Shown here in pieces: positions 13,235-26,027 of a DNA stretch of 64,000 nucleotides. Positions within the stretch are counted from its first letter, which is position 1. Each line of letters starts with the position of its first letter. The position numbers were made by a program, and so were the translations under genes. Origin of the DNA: Dimorphilus gyrociliatus (lineage: Eukaryota; Animalia; Annelida); the NCBI GenBank assembly GCA_904063045.1, contig CAJFCJ010000005.1:1193988-1257987 (forward strand), in the 5' to 3' direction. The notes under the pieces were generated by a model. That model was not told the origin of the DNA, did no database searches, and saw nothing but the letters and a program-made list of their open reading frames with translations.

Positions 13235-16200
13235 CTAAACTAGTGTCTCTTTGGTTCTTTCATTCGGATTTTCATTAATGTACCAAATATCTATGAAAAT
13301 ATAAACTTGAGAAGATTTAGCTCTATTTAGTGTTTTATAAATATTTACCAGCGGTCTTACAAGCCTGGTTTGAAGATTCGTTCATCTTATCCTGATAGTT
13401 CTATGTGCGAAAAATTTGTTAAATATTAAACTGGTACAATTTATTATAGCTTACAATAAATTTCGTTATTCGTTCATACTCTTGCTTAGTTTCACGAACA
13501 ATGTCGCTGAAATTCGGTCGATCCTCGGCTTGTGATTCCCAGCAAAATCTCATTAATTCATACAGTTCTTCAGAGGCACAGATTGGTCTAGGGAGTCTTA
13601 CCCCTTTGATGAGTAGTTTTACAAAATCAAAATTTGGTGGTAGATCAGGAAAGGGAACTTTCCCCAAAGTAAAGATTTCCCACAAAACAACTCCGTAGGA
13701 CCAGACATCACTTTTGACTGAATAAATTTTGTGAGTTAAAGATTCTATAGCCATCCATTTGATTGGAATTGGAGTATCAGTTGTTTTTTTATATGTTGCC
13801 TTATCTTCTATATCTCGAGCTAATCCAAAATCAGCTATTTTAATGACTTGATCTTCAGTCAATAAAATATTTCTCGCAGCTAAATCCCGATGGACAAATT
13901 GTAGATTTGATAAATATTCCATTCCTATTAATTATAGAGAACGTCTAGACAATTATGGTTTCTTCTGATTTGAAAAATCTTACCTTTCGCAATCTGAAAA
14001 GCATATGATGTCAAATCGGCTAAAGAGAGAATCTTGTGACACTCGAGTTGACTTTTTTTCCCAATATCTTCATTCATATAATTTTCAAAAGTTTCCTTTT
14101 CCATATAAAATGGCACGTTCTTCAAGTAAGCCGAAAATTTCAATTCCTTTCCTTTTTTTAGTAGATAATTTCGTAAATTCCCGTTAGCGCAATAATCCAT
14201 TACAACGCATAATTTGCCCATATCTAGTTTGTCAGTTACAGCCCCAAGTAGACCAATTATATTTTTATGATTTCCAATGTATTGTAAAATTTTCAGCTCA
14301 TCCAACAAACTCTTTACCTGTTCATAGCTACCTCGATTCTTGACCATCTTTACAGCCACCATCCTCGAGCTATCATCGTCATAAAGACCATCAATTTGTG
14401 CTCGAATAACTTTACCAAAGGCTCCTTCTCCTAAAGCTACATCAAACTTGATTTTCTCCAAGCTTATTTCATAAGATTCTTTCTGATATTCAATACAATC
14501 AACCTGTTGTTGTATTGGTAATTCCGGATTAAAATCTGTTGTCCTTGACAATAAAAGTGCAGCATCGTAAACCTTCTGTTTTTGCTACAAAAATGAATTA
14601 TAAACTTTCTCTAAAAGTTCAAAATAAATAATACCTACTTTCAGATGCCATGTTTTCTTCCATATTTGATGTATCAATATTCCGATAACGACAACTGAAA
14701 TTGATACTGTTAAAGAACTTGAAATGATTAAGGTGATTGATGACGTTTTCTTAGAAATAAGATATTTATCTGTCACTGAACCCACAAAATTAGATGCTTT
14801 ACAAGCGTATTCACCAAATAAATCTGTGTTTGTGCTCGTTAGGGACAAAATATTATTATTACTATCGTTTAATCTAATATTATCTTTAAACCATTCATAA
14901 TTTGGTCTTGGTAATCCTCTAACATCACAGAAAAGAATTAATTTATTCTCACTGACTATATTATGTCTATTCTTCTTAAGAGAGGTTACAATATAGGGCT
15001 TAAGCGGATCTTCTACTTTTAAATTAAGAGTCAATTGTGTGCCTTTAGGCCAAATTTCACACGTGTACACTCCAGAATCATTTTTCGTGGTGTTTTGTAG
15101 TTGTATCCGAGAGCCGATTGAAAATAGAGTATTTGAAGCATTCGAATTTAAAAATCTCCAGCGAGGCCTTAATCCAGTAAATTTATTACAATAGCATCCT
15201 ATTGACAAACTTTCTCCTTCAAATAGAAGCACTTCGGTTGAAGAATCCAAAAAGCATGCTCTATTAGATTCTGTAGATAAGAAACTTTCTAATCTCTTTT
15301 CATTGAGTATGGCTTACATAATTTATGCAATATATCTGAAACTTACCCCCGGGATATACGGTTAATATATCCTCACTTGTTCCTACATCACTTTGCCCTA
15401 AGCATTTGAATTGAATACTAGAATTAGTTTTTGAACTTATTTCCGCCTTAATCGTTAAGTTTGTGGAAAACTTTCTCAAATTCTCATCATAAAGAGACCA
15501 ATCAGTGCCTTTAAAACTCTTGAAAATAGAGAAAAGAGGTTTTGGATGACCTTTGCAATCACAAACTAACTTAAAAAGTTCGTTTGCTGAAACGAAAACA
15601 TGAGCATCTACGTGCTGTTTTTCCAATTGCCAACTACAGTACGGTCGAGCTGAAATACGGTCGAGCTGAAACAATATTCTTTGTTTTCCTACAGTATAAA
15701 ATCAAAACGTACTGAAAAAATCAAATTCAAATTTCTTTGACATTTCATAATTAGAAATAAGAATTGAATAACGTCCTCCCAATTTATAATAGTCCGTCAT
15801 ACTTTCGTTATGCTTTAGGGATATGTTTAGAAATGTTTCACTTGTACTTTCATTCTGTCGTATGCTATATTTTACAAGGATCAAATTTAGTTAAATTATG
15901 TTAATGAAGTAAATAGTTTACTTCATTTTCTCTATCATATGAGAATACTCTCCCAGTTTTTGAGTTTTGAAATTAATCCACTTGGTTTTCGAGAAATTTC
16001 GAGAGAAAATAACCTTGGAATCTTTCATAAACGCTACTTGTTTCATAATTGGAAAAGAGAATATTTCAAGAGATACGTCGAGATAATTCTTATTTAGAAT
16101 CATAGATTTTTTTTTCTTCAGACTTTCATTGTCAAATGTGAGGTCGATCGTAGGGAATTTTACATCTAGCTGATAACTTTTTTCTAGTCTGCCATTCAAG

Positions 16201-17083
16201 TAGCATGAATACAAGCCACTATCTTCAAGTCTAACCTCTTTCAGAACTAATTTCGACGTACAATTAAAAGTTCGATCTATTTAATTAAACAGGTGACTAG
16301 ATAATACTTTTCATACACGAGAATTTCATTTTACCTTTAATATTGTGACACGTTTTATTAGAAAATACTCTTTTACCCGATGGTAATAACCAGTTGAATG
16401 ACTGAGAATTCTCATCGGGTAAATCTTCGCCGATTGTTAACTTTACACCACAAGCTAGCGTCATCTGCCGGCCTTCGAGAACAATTTTATTAGGACGTAC
16501 TTGAATAGTTACTTCTCGGATGTGAGTATTTGCAAAAACATCTGTCAGATATTATTGAGATATAAAATAAATATATACATCTATAATACAAGAGGTTATT
16601 GCACCGAGTACTCTAAATTGGCGGATGTTTTCATGTACGATTTCTTTCTTATTAGGGATCGATCCACAGGATTTGTTTACAGCACAAGCAAAATTACCGC
16701 TTAGCCATTTCATGACGTATTTATTTTTGTTTAATTTAATTTCTTTGGATAAATAACCAATGGATGTGTTGTACGACAAAGGAAAATGATCAACTTCTGT
16801 CCAAGAACTATTCTTATATCAAATAAAAATAAAACACAAAAGTTCCTTATTAAAGCAACATTGTACAAACTTGTGATAGTATTTACACAGGCTAACATTT
16901 GTACTTTTTAAACCGGAGCATGGTATGATAAATGGTCTTCTTGCGTATAAGAAAAGAATTTGCAAAGAATCTGCAAAAGTAATCTGCTAAACCATTTAAT
17001 TGCGCACATGTACTTATCAAACCTCCTTTAAACTTTTCTCCCATCCAGATAATATAAACAATGATTGTTAATCTTGTGAGCAT
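13235..17083 (-). CDS. VEGFR/PDGFR (PVR-like) receptor tyrosine kinase with Ig-like ectodomain
   Basis: Signal peptide MLTRLTIIVYIIWMG, several Ig-like exons (CDVRGLPRPNYEWFKD, GEYACKASN) and a TM helix. Split kinase domain: GEGAFG, VAVK, HRDLAARN, DFGLAR, PIKWMAIES. C-terminus ends ...KETLV* (PDZ-binding type). Confidence 0.88.
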
Positions 17084-17553
17084 ATCCAGTTGCGTATTTG
17101 TAGCTAACAGAAAGTATAGTGAGATGAAACTATTGAACTAATAGCGGACATCCGATTCTTGTTCAGGGATAATCGGATTTTTAACGGTTCGTTTCCTGTA
17201 TAGGCCGATACTTAATAATTATCAATCATTGTAATAGATTCGAAAATAATTATGTGCTCATCGCTTGTATTTCTGACAGACGAACAAGAAAGAATTTAAT
17301 TTATGCCTAATTTTCAAACATTTAATTAACCTAATTACATAACTGAGTACATTGTCATATACATTTAGTCCAAATTCGTTAATTATTTCTTTTATTTGCA
17401 ACTTGGAAATACCGTTCTGATTCATTTTATATGAAATTTTATATCTTGAAGTAAAACTGCGATGGCATATGCTTCTTTTCAGCTCGATCACTTAGCCTAT
17501 GTAATTTTGTAAAGAAGTAGAATCTTTGACTTGAAAGTACTAATTACGATTAG

Positions 17554-18417
17554 CTACAAAGCTCCGTTCAATCGGATTACACCCCAAAAGGATAAGGAGC
17601 TATGAACAGCAATTGATCTATCAGCATAGTAGTTCTTGAGCACGAGAGTATCATTAGTTTCCAATTTCATTATCACGCTTGTGAAACAAGATTGCTCGTT
17701 TCTACTTTTTGAATTAGGACGAAGGTCGCGAAAAAGACATTTCATCAGTGATCTACCGTCTTCCGACGAGAACGTTGTATGTCTCATTCTATCAACATGA
17801 AAACTCCAGCTCTTTGTTCGGTCCAAATAGGTTAATTGTGCATAAACTTGATAAATACCCGGCTTTTTAATTCTTATCTCTCCATTTTCTAAAGAGGCCA
17901 CATTTCCCCACTCAAATTCTTTCTTCCACATTCTCACGGCAATATCAGAACTTGTGACAGATAGAGAAGAGGTGGTCTTGAACTCGACTCTATTTATCAA
18001 ACATCCTCCATACCCTTTCCTGCAAATTCTGTCTTTTGCAATTAAGAACGAAGATTTTGCATCTAGCTGGCTAAATTCGGAAGTCAAGTGTAATCCTCCC
18101 GTTTTCTTAAGCTCCAACTCTTTACGCACCTGTTTTCTCTTTCTTCGACATTTTGCAAACTTTTTTTTCAAAGATTCAAAATATTCTAATCTTAGAGAAT
18201 TAACTCCTCGTCTTGTTCTGTTATTGCTTTTAGGTCTAAAGTCCTTACCACATTGACATTGTTCCTTAACGTTATGGCTTAATTTATCAAATTCATCCAA
18301 TCGATTTTGAAAATCATAAATGTAGAAGGCGAAAATCACTATCAAACACAAAAGCAGAAAATGACTTAGTAAATTTAAAAAACTAGCCAAGTGAAAAGAT
18401 TTTTCTTTTTTTTCCAT
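17554..18417 (-). CDS. TNF-superfamily ligand A (type II membrane, Eiger/EDA-like), intronless, 287 aa
   Basis: N-terminal TM helix, furin site RTRR, and TNF homology domain motifs IRIKKPGIYQVYAQLTY, SCFTSVIMKLETNDTL, SFWGVIRL. Confidence 0.88.
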   Translation of the reverse strand: MEKKEKSFHLASFLNLLSHFLLLCLIVIFAFYIYDFQNRLDEFDKLSHNVKEQCQCGKDFRPKSNNRTRRGVNSLRLEYFESLKKKFAKCRRKRKQVRKELELKKTGGLHLTSEFSQLDAKSSFLIAKDRICRKGYGGCLINRVEFKTTSSLSVTSSDIAVRMWKKEFEWGNVASLENGEIRIKKPGIYQVYAQLTYLDRTKSWSFHVDRMRHTTFSSEDGRSLMKCLFRDLRPNSKSRNEQSCFTSVIMKLETNDTLVLKNYYADRSIAVHSSLSFWGVIRLNGAL

Positions 18418-18587
18418 GAACTTAAAAAGTTTACTTCGAACGAACTGCCGCTAACTCTATAGTAATAAAGCAAGATGCGAATCATTCTAGTTTTGACCGC
18501 TACTAGCGCCATTTTAAAAAAGTACATTTTTTTTGCGTTGTATTTATCATAAGCACGTATATTGTACATAGGCTTGAAATCATTTAG

Positions 18588-19506
18588 TTACAAATTAGAC
18601 ACAAAATATATTCCCCAAAATGACCAATCTTCTTTAGAGTCGGAAATTAAAATATCACACGGCACTAACATGGCAATTTTTTCTCCTTTTCTCAACTTCG
18701 CAACTGTGCTTGTAAAACACATCCTCTCTCTGTTTGCTCGATGATTGTCATCTCCGACACTACACGACACCAGATTCTTTGGATTTTTATCAGAAATTCT
18801 GCTTAAGTTGAATTTAGGTTGCGAATTTCCAATCATATTAAACAATAATTGACCATATAAATAATAGTATCCGTCTTCCGGAATTCTAAATTCATATGGT
18901 TCGCTGTTAGCATACTCTTTATGGTCGTTCAATAGTGGATCAGATTTCCACATTTTAGCTATGGTATTACTCTTTTTGTCCTTACATTCTGAAAAAAAAG
19001 ATAACTCTATCACACATGCACTTAAAGTCGTTTTTTTAAAACCATACGTGTCTTAATGCTGTATTTTAATATGCAACCTCCATATTTTTCTAAATCACAC
19101 TTTGGCTTGCTTGCTGTAAGAAACAAAGTAACGATTCTGTTTTATAAGTTGTATAATAGATAAAAATCTAGTTTACTTACATCGTTTGAAATTGGGATTA
19201 GAGAAGGTTGATATAAAATGATCCTCTAAAAAAGACAAGAGGTGGTAAATTAGTCCATATAATCACCTGTTCATTTAAATAAGACATACTTAAATACTGT
19301 TTACTGCGATAAGGCACTTCGGCTGATCGTTTTCGCCTTTTATTTACGTGGACATCTTCATTATATATCGGATCTATAGTTTTTATGCGAGCTGTTATTA
19401 TGTTAAGGTTTTCGTTCTGTTTTTTAATTTTAAAGAACAGAAAGCCTAGACAAGCCAATACTAATAAGAAGTTTAGACTGATCAAAGGGTACGCTTTTGC
19501 CGCCAT
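18588..19506 (-). CDS. TNF-superfamily ligand B, at least 4 exons; start may lie further upstream
   Basis: TM helix LISLNFLLVLACLGFLFF, polybasic KRRKR cleavage site, and THD motifs FRIPEDGYYYLYGQLLF, MCFTSTVAKLRKGEKI, SFWGIYFV. Confidence 0.85.
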
Positions 19507-21962
19507 ACTAAGAATGCATCTTGGCTGCTTTTTAGTATCGCCATCTATCGTAATTTCTGCAATTATTACATTTTAGCATAGCGGACATGCTGGTAGTAGT
19601 TCTACTCTTTTCTCTTCGGTATCCAACTATTTACTCCCGTAAATATAGATTTTGATGAAAACGTCAAGATGCTTATCGAATAAACACCTATTCGCGCATA
19701 TACACAATTCCCAATTGTGGGAGGTTGCGAAAAGCTTGTTATTACGGTGTTGAACTTTCCAAAAAAATTCCACCCGTGAAAAAAAATTCCATGATAGAGC
19801 AGCTTTAAAAAATAACTTTGGCAAATATACTAAACATATTAGATGCTAGACAATTTAAATAGGGCCCATTGTCACTGGGAAAACAATTAAACAATCAATG
19901 GGTGATTATGAACCCAATTCAATCTTACTCACCTATTATTTATCTATTCTCTTCTAGTTCTTCAACCTCGGGCGCCCTGGCGTTCCTTTAAACGCATAAA
20001 CGACCTTCGAATGCTTCCTCGGTCGCATCAATTACGTATAAACACAGGTGCGTTAATGGAAAATTTACGCCACATTGATTTTATAGTGTATGCGTGCTCA
20101 ATGGACACTACTCCTTATAGTTTATAAGGATAGGCCTAAAACGGGTAAAGGGCGGTATAATGAAGATTTATAGCCTCAACTTTATCTCGACAGTTAGCCC
20201 TTGTTTCTTATGCACGATTTATTTATAGATATTTTTCCACGTAAATTAGCGTGCGGGTAAAAACTGTAATTTTAAAATAAAGACAGTGAAAGTAAAACGA
20301 AAGAAGGAGGCTTTGTAGGCTACATAAGGTATAAGGTATACTATACGTGGTTTACATACATATAAATTAAATGCTATTTAAAACATTGAAATAGTCTCTA
20401 GATAGAATTTTAGGCATAATACCGAAAGTCATTAGTCGTTGGTCTTAATTTAAAGTGTCACACGCTGTTTTGTTTTGTCCTTCCACAGCGACTAATTATC
20501 GCTGATAATTAATGTTGTCGAATCTGCTCTGATAGCTATCTTAACTTTCCGAAGGGAAGTAAAGGAGCGGAGAGATTTGAAACGATGGAAAAAGACAAAC
20601 TTTCCCCTCTTCCACAAGGACTAGAACTTGTATCAATATTTTTAAAAAGTGTTGGGGATGAAAGTAATCGGTTGGGTAACGTTCGTGTCGGTATTTCGCT
20701 TCGTTAAATTAAAGTCGTGATTTTGCAAGTAACGCGTGTATAATAATGAGATAATAACGGAAACGAGTGCTTATCTGACTTGGCCATATCGCGGTGTGTC
20801 ATCAGTTACTTATCTACGAAAGCATCTCTTTTCGGCATAATGAAAAACTGTTTTACTAAGAAATAGCGACCCAAAAGAGACAAGTGAATTGGATGTTCTG
20901 TCGGTGAACAGTAAAAACATAAAAGGCCATCACTGATAAGGGTTATCGGGATCTCAGCTTATATACGGGTAACTGCAAAAATCACAGTCATTTCCAACAC
21001 ACCAGGCGTTGTCAACAAGCACTGCACCTGTCGATTTGCGGTTGCTTTGAGGCATCGTTTACCTACGATGAAAATTACCTAAAAGTCTGTCGCCTTTTCT
21101 TTCTCTTAAAAAATCTTATTTGCGATAAGGGCGCCACTCGGCGGTGGCTGTCAGTGGTTTTTACACTTCTATTTTTTTTACCGTCAAAGACGAAAGTGTG
21201 GCACTGAAGCGCGTGGACAATTACAGACAAGCTGATTGAAAAGGAAAAAGAAACATATACTGTATACTATCGTTTATACAAATTCGAATTTACAGTATTT
21301 ACAATATATACAGTGTATATAAAAAGGGTTAGTTTTTCTTTTCTTAATTTTCTTCTTCAAAGGGTCCGTTTAAGGGCTGTGTACTGATATGGCACGTCCG
21401 TCCGTCGTTACCCAGATACGCCTGCAGGGCCACGTCTTTCCGCCAGCCTGAAATTTTTTCTTAGTATAATTTTCCTACTCTTACGACCTTAGTTGTAATT
21501 TTACGACTTGACGAGGTCGCTTTCCGAACAGCCATCTGCCTACTCATAGGTGACCAAAAACGATATCAAGCTAAGTGGACGAATTTTTCTCATTTTCGTT
21601 CCATCTTTACATTCCCTCCCCCCAAGATTCTTATCTCTTCGCTGAACGCGCCAACGGTAAAACTGAATCGGTGATCCGCTTGACGTCGCCGCTACCTATT
21701 CATATTCCTTGATTAGTTTCGGGCTAGGCGATAAATAAATTTGTTAACCGCCTAAAAGTGGATCAAAGGCAAGCGACAGCCGCCCTTGTTGCGAGGGGTG
21801 CGTGCGAAAGGTTACGGAGTGCGACCGTTAATTATCTTTTCTTCAACGTCCGGGGCCTGGACCAGGTGCTTGGACTTAGTCCCTATAACAACTTCCTTCT
21901 TTCTCACTTCGTGGCTCATCGAGTACTCGAAATCTAGACGACCAACGCCTGAGGGTGTCGGC

Positions 21963-22069
21963 GACCAATTCGGTCAGCCGCTGACTATTGGTGAACGCGA
22001 TCAAACGTCTCTTGTACGTCGTCATTAGACTAACGTTACGCAAATCGTTACAGTCGGCTTTTCTTTGAA
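21963..22069 (+). promoter_or_regulatory. Putative promoter of orphan gene A: inverted CCAAT pair plus TTTGAA (CHR-like)
   Basis: CCAAT 21965-21969, ATTGG 21987-21991 and TTTGAA 22064-22069, followed by a 5'UTR intron 22111-22218 just before ATG 22224. Confidence 0.4.
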
Positions 22070-22223
22070 AGGCGAACCTCAAGACCAGCATAGCACGTTC
22101 ATTCTAATCGGTAAAGAAACGTTGTCGTTGTTTGGCCGCTGGGCCTGCATTACATCATCTTACGTTCTATTCCCTATATATATATATAACAAATTCTTTA
22201 TTCCTTCTCCACTTTCAGACGAG

Positions 22224-23000
22224 ATGACAACTGCCGACAGAAGATTACGGAGTCAAGTTCGCAATCTCAGAGCGCATTTCGAACGTATGCTAGATGATCT
22301 GGACCGTGTTGAGGAGGAGCTGAAAGAAGGCGAAAAGATGAAAAAGAAGCGTAATAACCCAAAAAAAGGTTTAACGCCCAGGTTAAAAGCGTTAGCCTCG
22401 TATTGCATGTCGCCACATACGAGCACTTTTCATCATTCCACTGATAACGATTCGGTCTTGACATTCAATTCAAAGACGGCACGAAGTTGTAGAAGAAAGA
22501 TTGAAGGCAATTTACGAGATGAGATTCGATCCGATGAGGCGTACAATGTGACTGAACTCAGTGCCATCACCAGAGCGTCGTCTAGCAGAAAATTTCAAAT
22601 GAGATCAGATATTAGAAAAAGGCCAAATTTAGGGCTTGCTTCCGTACGATCGAGAAGGAGATCGTCGGCGGTGGGCAATTCGTCAAGAAATAAGGAAAAT
22701 GAATATGGAAGATCGAAATCTTTTAAACCTTGCGCTAGTTCAACGATGCTCGGCGAAATATATGAAGAGGAAGGAGAAGAAGAGGAAGGAGAAGAAACAG
22801 TACAAGAAAAAACAAGGGAGAAGGAAATAGACAACAGGCGACCCACATTTTTATCAGCATCCCCACTGCCAGCAAACTCTTCAATAACTCTGCATCAGAT
22901 GGCGCAGCGAACGGTATGTGGAGTTGATGCCATCTACCGACGTAAAGCGACATCCATCACCGGATCTAGGTCCAAGCGTGGTGTGTTTGAAAAACTTTGA
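22224..23000 (+). CDS. Orphan protein A, about 258 aa, basic/Ser-rich and largely disordered, N-terminal coiled coil, KEN box
   Basis: Long ORF whose first ATG directly follows a strong acceptor (ttccttctccactttcag). An alternative C-terminus is possible via donor 22914 and acceptor 23042. Confidence 0.7.
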   Translation: MTTADRRLRSQVRNLRAHFERMLDDLDRVEEELKEGEKMKKKRNNPKKGLTPRLKALASYCMSPHTSTFHHSTDNDSVLTFNSKTARSCRRKIEGNLRDEIRSDEAYNVTELSAITRASSSRKFQMRSDIRKRPNLGLASVRSRRRSSAVGNSSRNKENEYGRSKSFKPCASSTMLGEIYEEEGEEEEGEETVQEKTREKEIDNRRPTFLSASPLPANSSITLHQMAQRTVCGVDAIYRRKATSITGSRSKRGVFEKL

Positions 23001-26000
23001 TTCTTCCGATTCTTCCTTTTTCTACTTCCGCTTTCGAAACAGGTGCGATTTGTAATCTGCTATTGTTTACATTCGTCTCGCACGCGTTGTTTTTCTTATT
23101 CCGTTACTTTTTTAAAGCTAAACTGAACAGCATTTAAAACGTTAATCCGTATTTATGTACATTTAGTCGAGTGACAAATAAAAATATATTACTGACCTTA
23201 GTAAACTTTATTTTATAGATAACGTTATATTCTATTGTGGTCACTTTTACTTAAAGAGCCAGAAAAAGGAAGCATTAAAAAACGTCCAAAGGAAGAAGCG
23301 TTAAATAGTCGACACTAAACTGCGCATTAAGCATAAAACGATGATGCATTCAGCAGCTTTGATCATCAGCGAGCTGTAACATAGCGCATCGTTTCATCTT
23401 TTACCTCCTTACGTAACCAAGTTGACGCGGCGCGCGCGTCCTGTCGAATATATCCTAACTGTAAATGGAGGAGGAAAAGATGAAAAATTGTCAACGAGTT
23501 TTATCTCTGCGATCGAACGTTTCGGCACCTGTCCGACTTGGTTGTTTACAAAACAGGGAGATTTCAATACATTTGCGTTTAACTGCTTGTACATATGTAA
23601 AGACGTCGTCGACTGGGAAAACATATGTTCCAAGGGCAGAACGCACGCAACCTTATCGGCAATTTAAATAATTTTTTCTATACTTACGGGAATCTTCAAT
23701 TTATTCGATTGAATATGTTTCGACTTGAAGAAGGAAGATGGTCGAATACACTAAAAACAGGTGCAAAAAGCGGAAGTAGAAAGGTGTAGGGACGTCACGC
23801 AGCAACAAGAGCGTCCAACGGTGCAGCCGTCACTCTTAATCCGTAAAAATTTAGCGGTTAATTGGACGTTCGACGTCTCCAGCTGCTCCCTACCGCCTAG
23901 AATAGCCCGAAATCGTCAACTTTCACACATATCCGGCCATAAAGTTCCATAAATTACAGATAGGAAGACGTCACCGAGGCTGAAACGACCTTTCACGAAA
24001 AACGATTAGCATATAGAACAGAACACGCTGGGAACCCTGCCGAGACTATATCACCGCCAAAGCGTCTTCAGGGATGACGCCTTCCCCCCACCTTTCAATG
24101 TTTACGTACAAAGCGTCGACTTCGATCCCTTATATTTATTTTCTCATGGCCGGCTGTCCATTAAGCGGTCGTTTTCGGTGTGTGTGTGAAAGGCCAGACG
24201 TGAATGGATGAAGAGAATTTGGATTCGTTGTGTCTCGAGAGAGAATTCTATAATGGTGAAGGGAAAATTGAAATTTAAACGACTTCTTTTTTTTGTCCGG
24301 AGTCTTTTGCCCCAATTAAATGTTTTAAAGTGTTTAAATGTTCTACTCATATACGAAATCAATAGCTGGTCAACTTTTCAACTAATTATACGTTAGGTGA
24401 TGTAAAACGTAGCAATTTACGTCCGTCAAGAAAGCTAGACAAGGCGACACGCTATAATGTTCCACCATTCCAATCCTTTCTCCCTTCTATATAGATGTCG
24501 ACGAATAGTTTGATTGCTCGTCAAATCCCGTTGATCGTTCCCTAATACTATTTAAACGCTTTTCAGTCGGCGTCCTTTTGAAAGAGGGTGTAAGTGTAAA
24601 CAGATTGAAGAGGGGACGAGGGCGAATGGAGTATTGACTTTATTTTCTATCATCCAATCTGTAGAGAACGATAGTATACACTATATATGTTTCTTTTTCA
24701 GTTGTTGACGATAAACACTTGGCTCTTATCCATTGTAAGATGTAAGGGTTTGTATAAGTAGCCGTACTTGACTACATGACAGTTCTGTTTAGTTTTTTTT
24801 ATCCCACTCTGTAGACTTTCGACTACACGAATTTATTGCCTATCGTACGTATATGCACACTTATATATGGCCATTTTCAAAAGCGTGAAAGGTCTTTGAA
24901 GTATAAGAAATGTGTTAGGATTCATTAGAGCGAGGATGTTTGTGGGGTAGTTTGCCAAAGGGTTTCAGATAACATATACGAACACGTGTCTTATTTTTTT
25001 AAGGAAATTATTTATATATATAAATATCTCAAGTATCGACATCTCACAATAATGGTATACTATTTAGTTCATGTCATAAAAATTTTTGCCTATTCAATTG
25101 AATTTATTCAAAAACCCGCACGTGGAACTTCATCTCGACCGTATCGGTCAGTATTAAAATCGTATTAATATTCGCCCAACTGTCAAAACAAGTCAAAAAA
25201 ATATACAAATGAACTAGACGTGTGTTTACTAATCAATTCAAGATGGTCGTCAGCTAAAATTCCTTCCGTAGTGATTTATAGAACATATGTGTCCTTTCCT
25301 TCTTCATACACAGCTATTAGAGCAAATGTTAGGACAATTTTCGGGAGGAAGAGACCGTTTATCAGCATATCTAAATGGGTTAAAGGGTGGCTTGAGTCGA
25401 GGAATTGAATAGGGACGAGCAACACGTTTCGGCACTTCACGCGTTTCACCTTTCCCTTCTACAAAGTCATTGGGCGCAAATTGATCGGAAATGAACATTT
25501 TTTCGTTGCTTTTCCCGAGAGAGATAGAAAGATAGAGAATTCCATAATCTATGCATATTTTCCTTCTACGACCCCCTGCCGTTATTAATTCTTCTACTTC
25601 TTTTATAACACCTTATTTCCCACACATTTAGGTAAATAAGGAAAAACAAGTCATTAAGCCTTTCTTTTGGTAATTAGTTGTCCATGGTCGGCATAGAGAA
25701 GATGAAAGAAGGAATCGAAGAGAAATTCGATCGACAATGAAAAGACGCGCTTTGGGGCAGCATGTGGCCCGATTGCCGTTGGCATTCCACTCTGGTATGT
25801 ACCCGTCGCAGATTATTGAACCGTTCTGCTTTGATTAACGCGCTGTTTAAGTATCAATTAACCTAATTACGCGGTCACGAGAAGAAATTCTATACTTTTT
25901 TTCGTTATAGGTATGTATAATAATGTTGTATTGCATTTTGTTAATAACCAAACATACGTACAATTAATAAAAAAAAGATTGCGAGAACGAGAACAATAAA

Positions 26001-26027
26001 TAAAAAAATAAATAAATACGAGAAAGT

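Noticed and set aside
20932-20943. 12-nt match to the 3' half of miR-184
   Set aside because: The seed is absent and there is no hairpin; better explained as a GATA site.
25304-25498. 64-aa minus-strand ORF downstream of orphan B as a possible alternative terminal exon
   Set aside because: The available donor (26146, phase 1) and acceptor (phase 2) do not join in frame.
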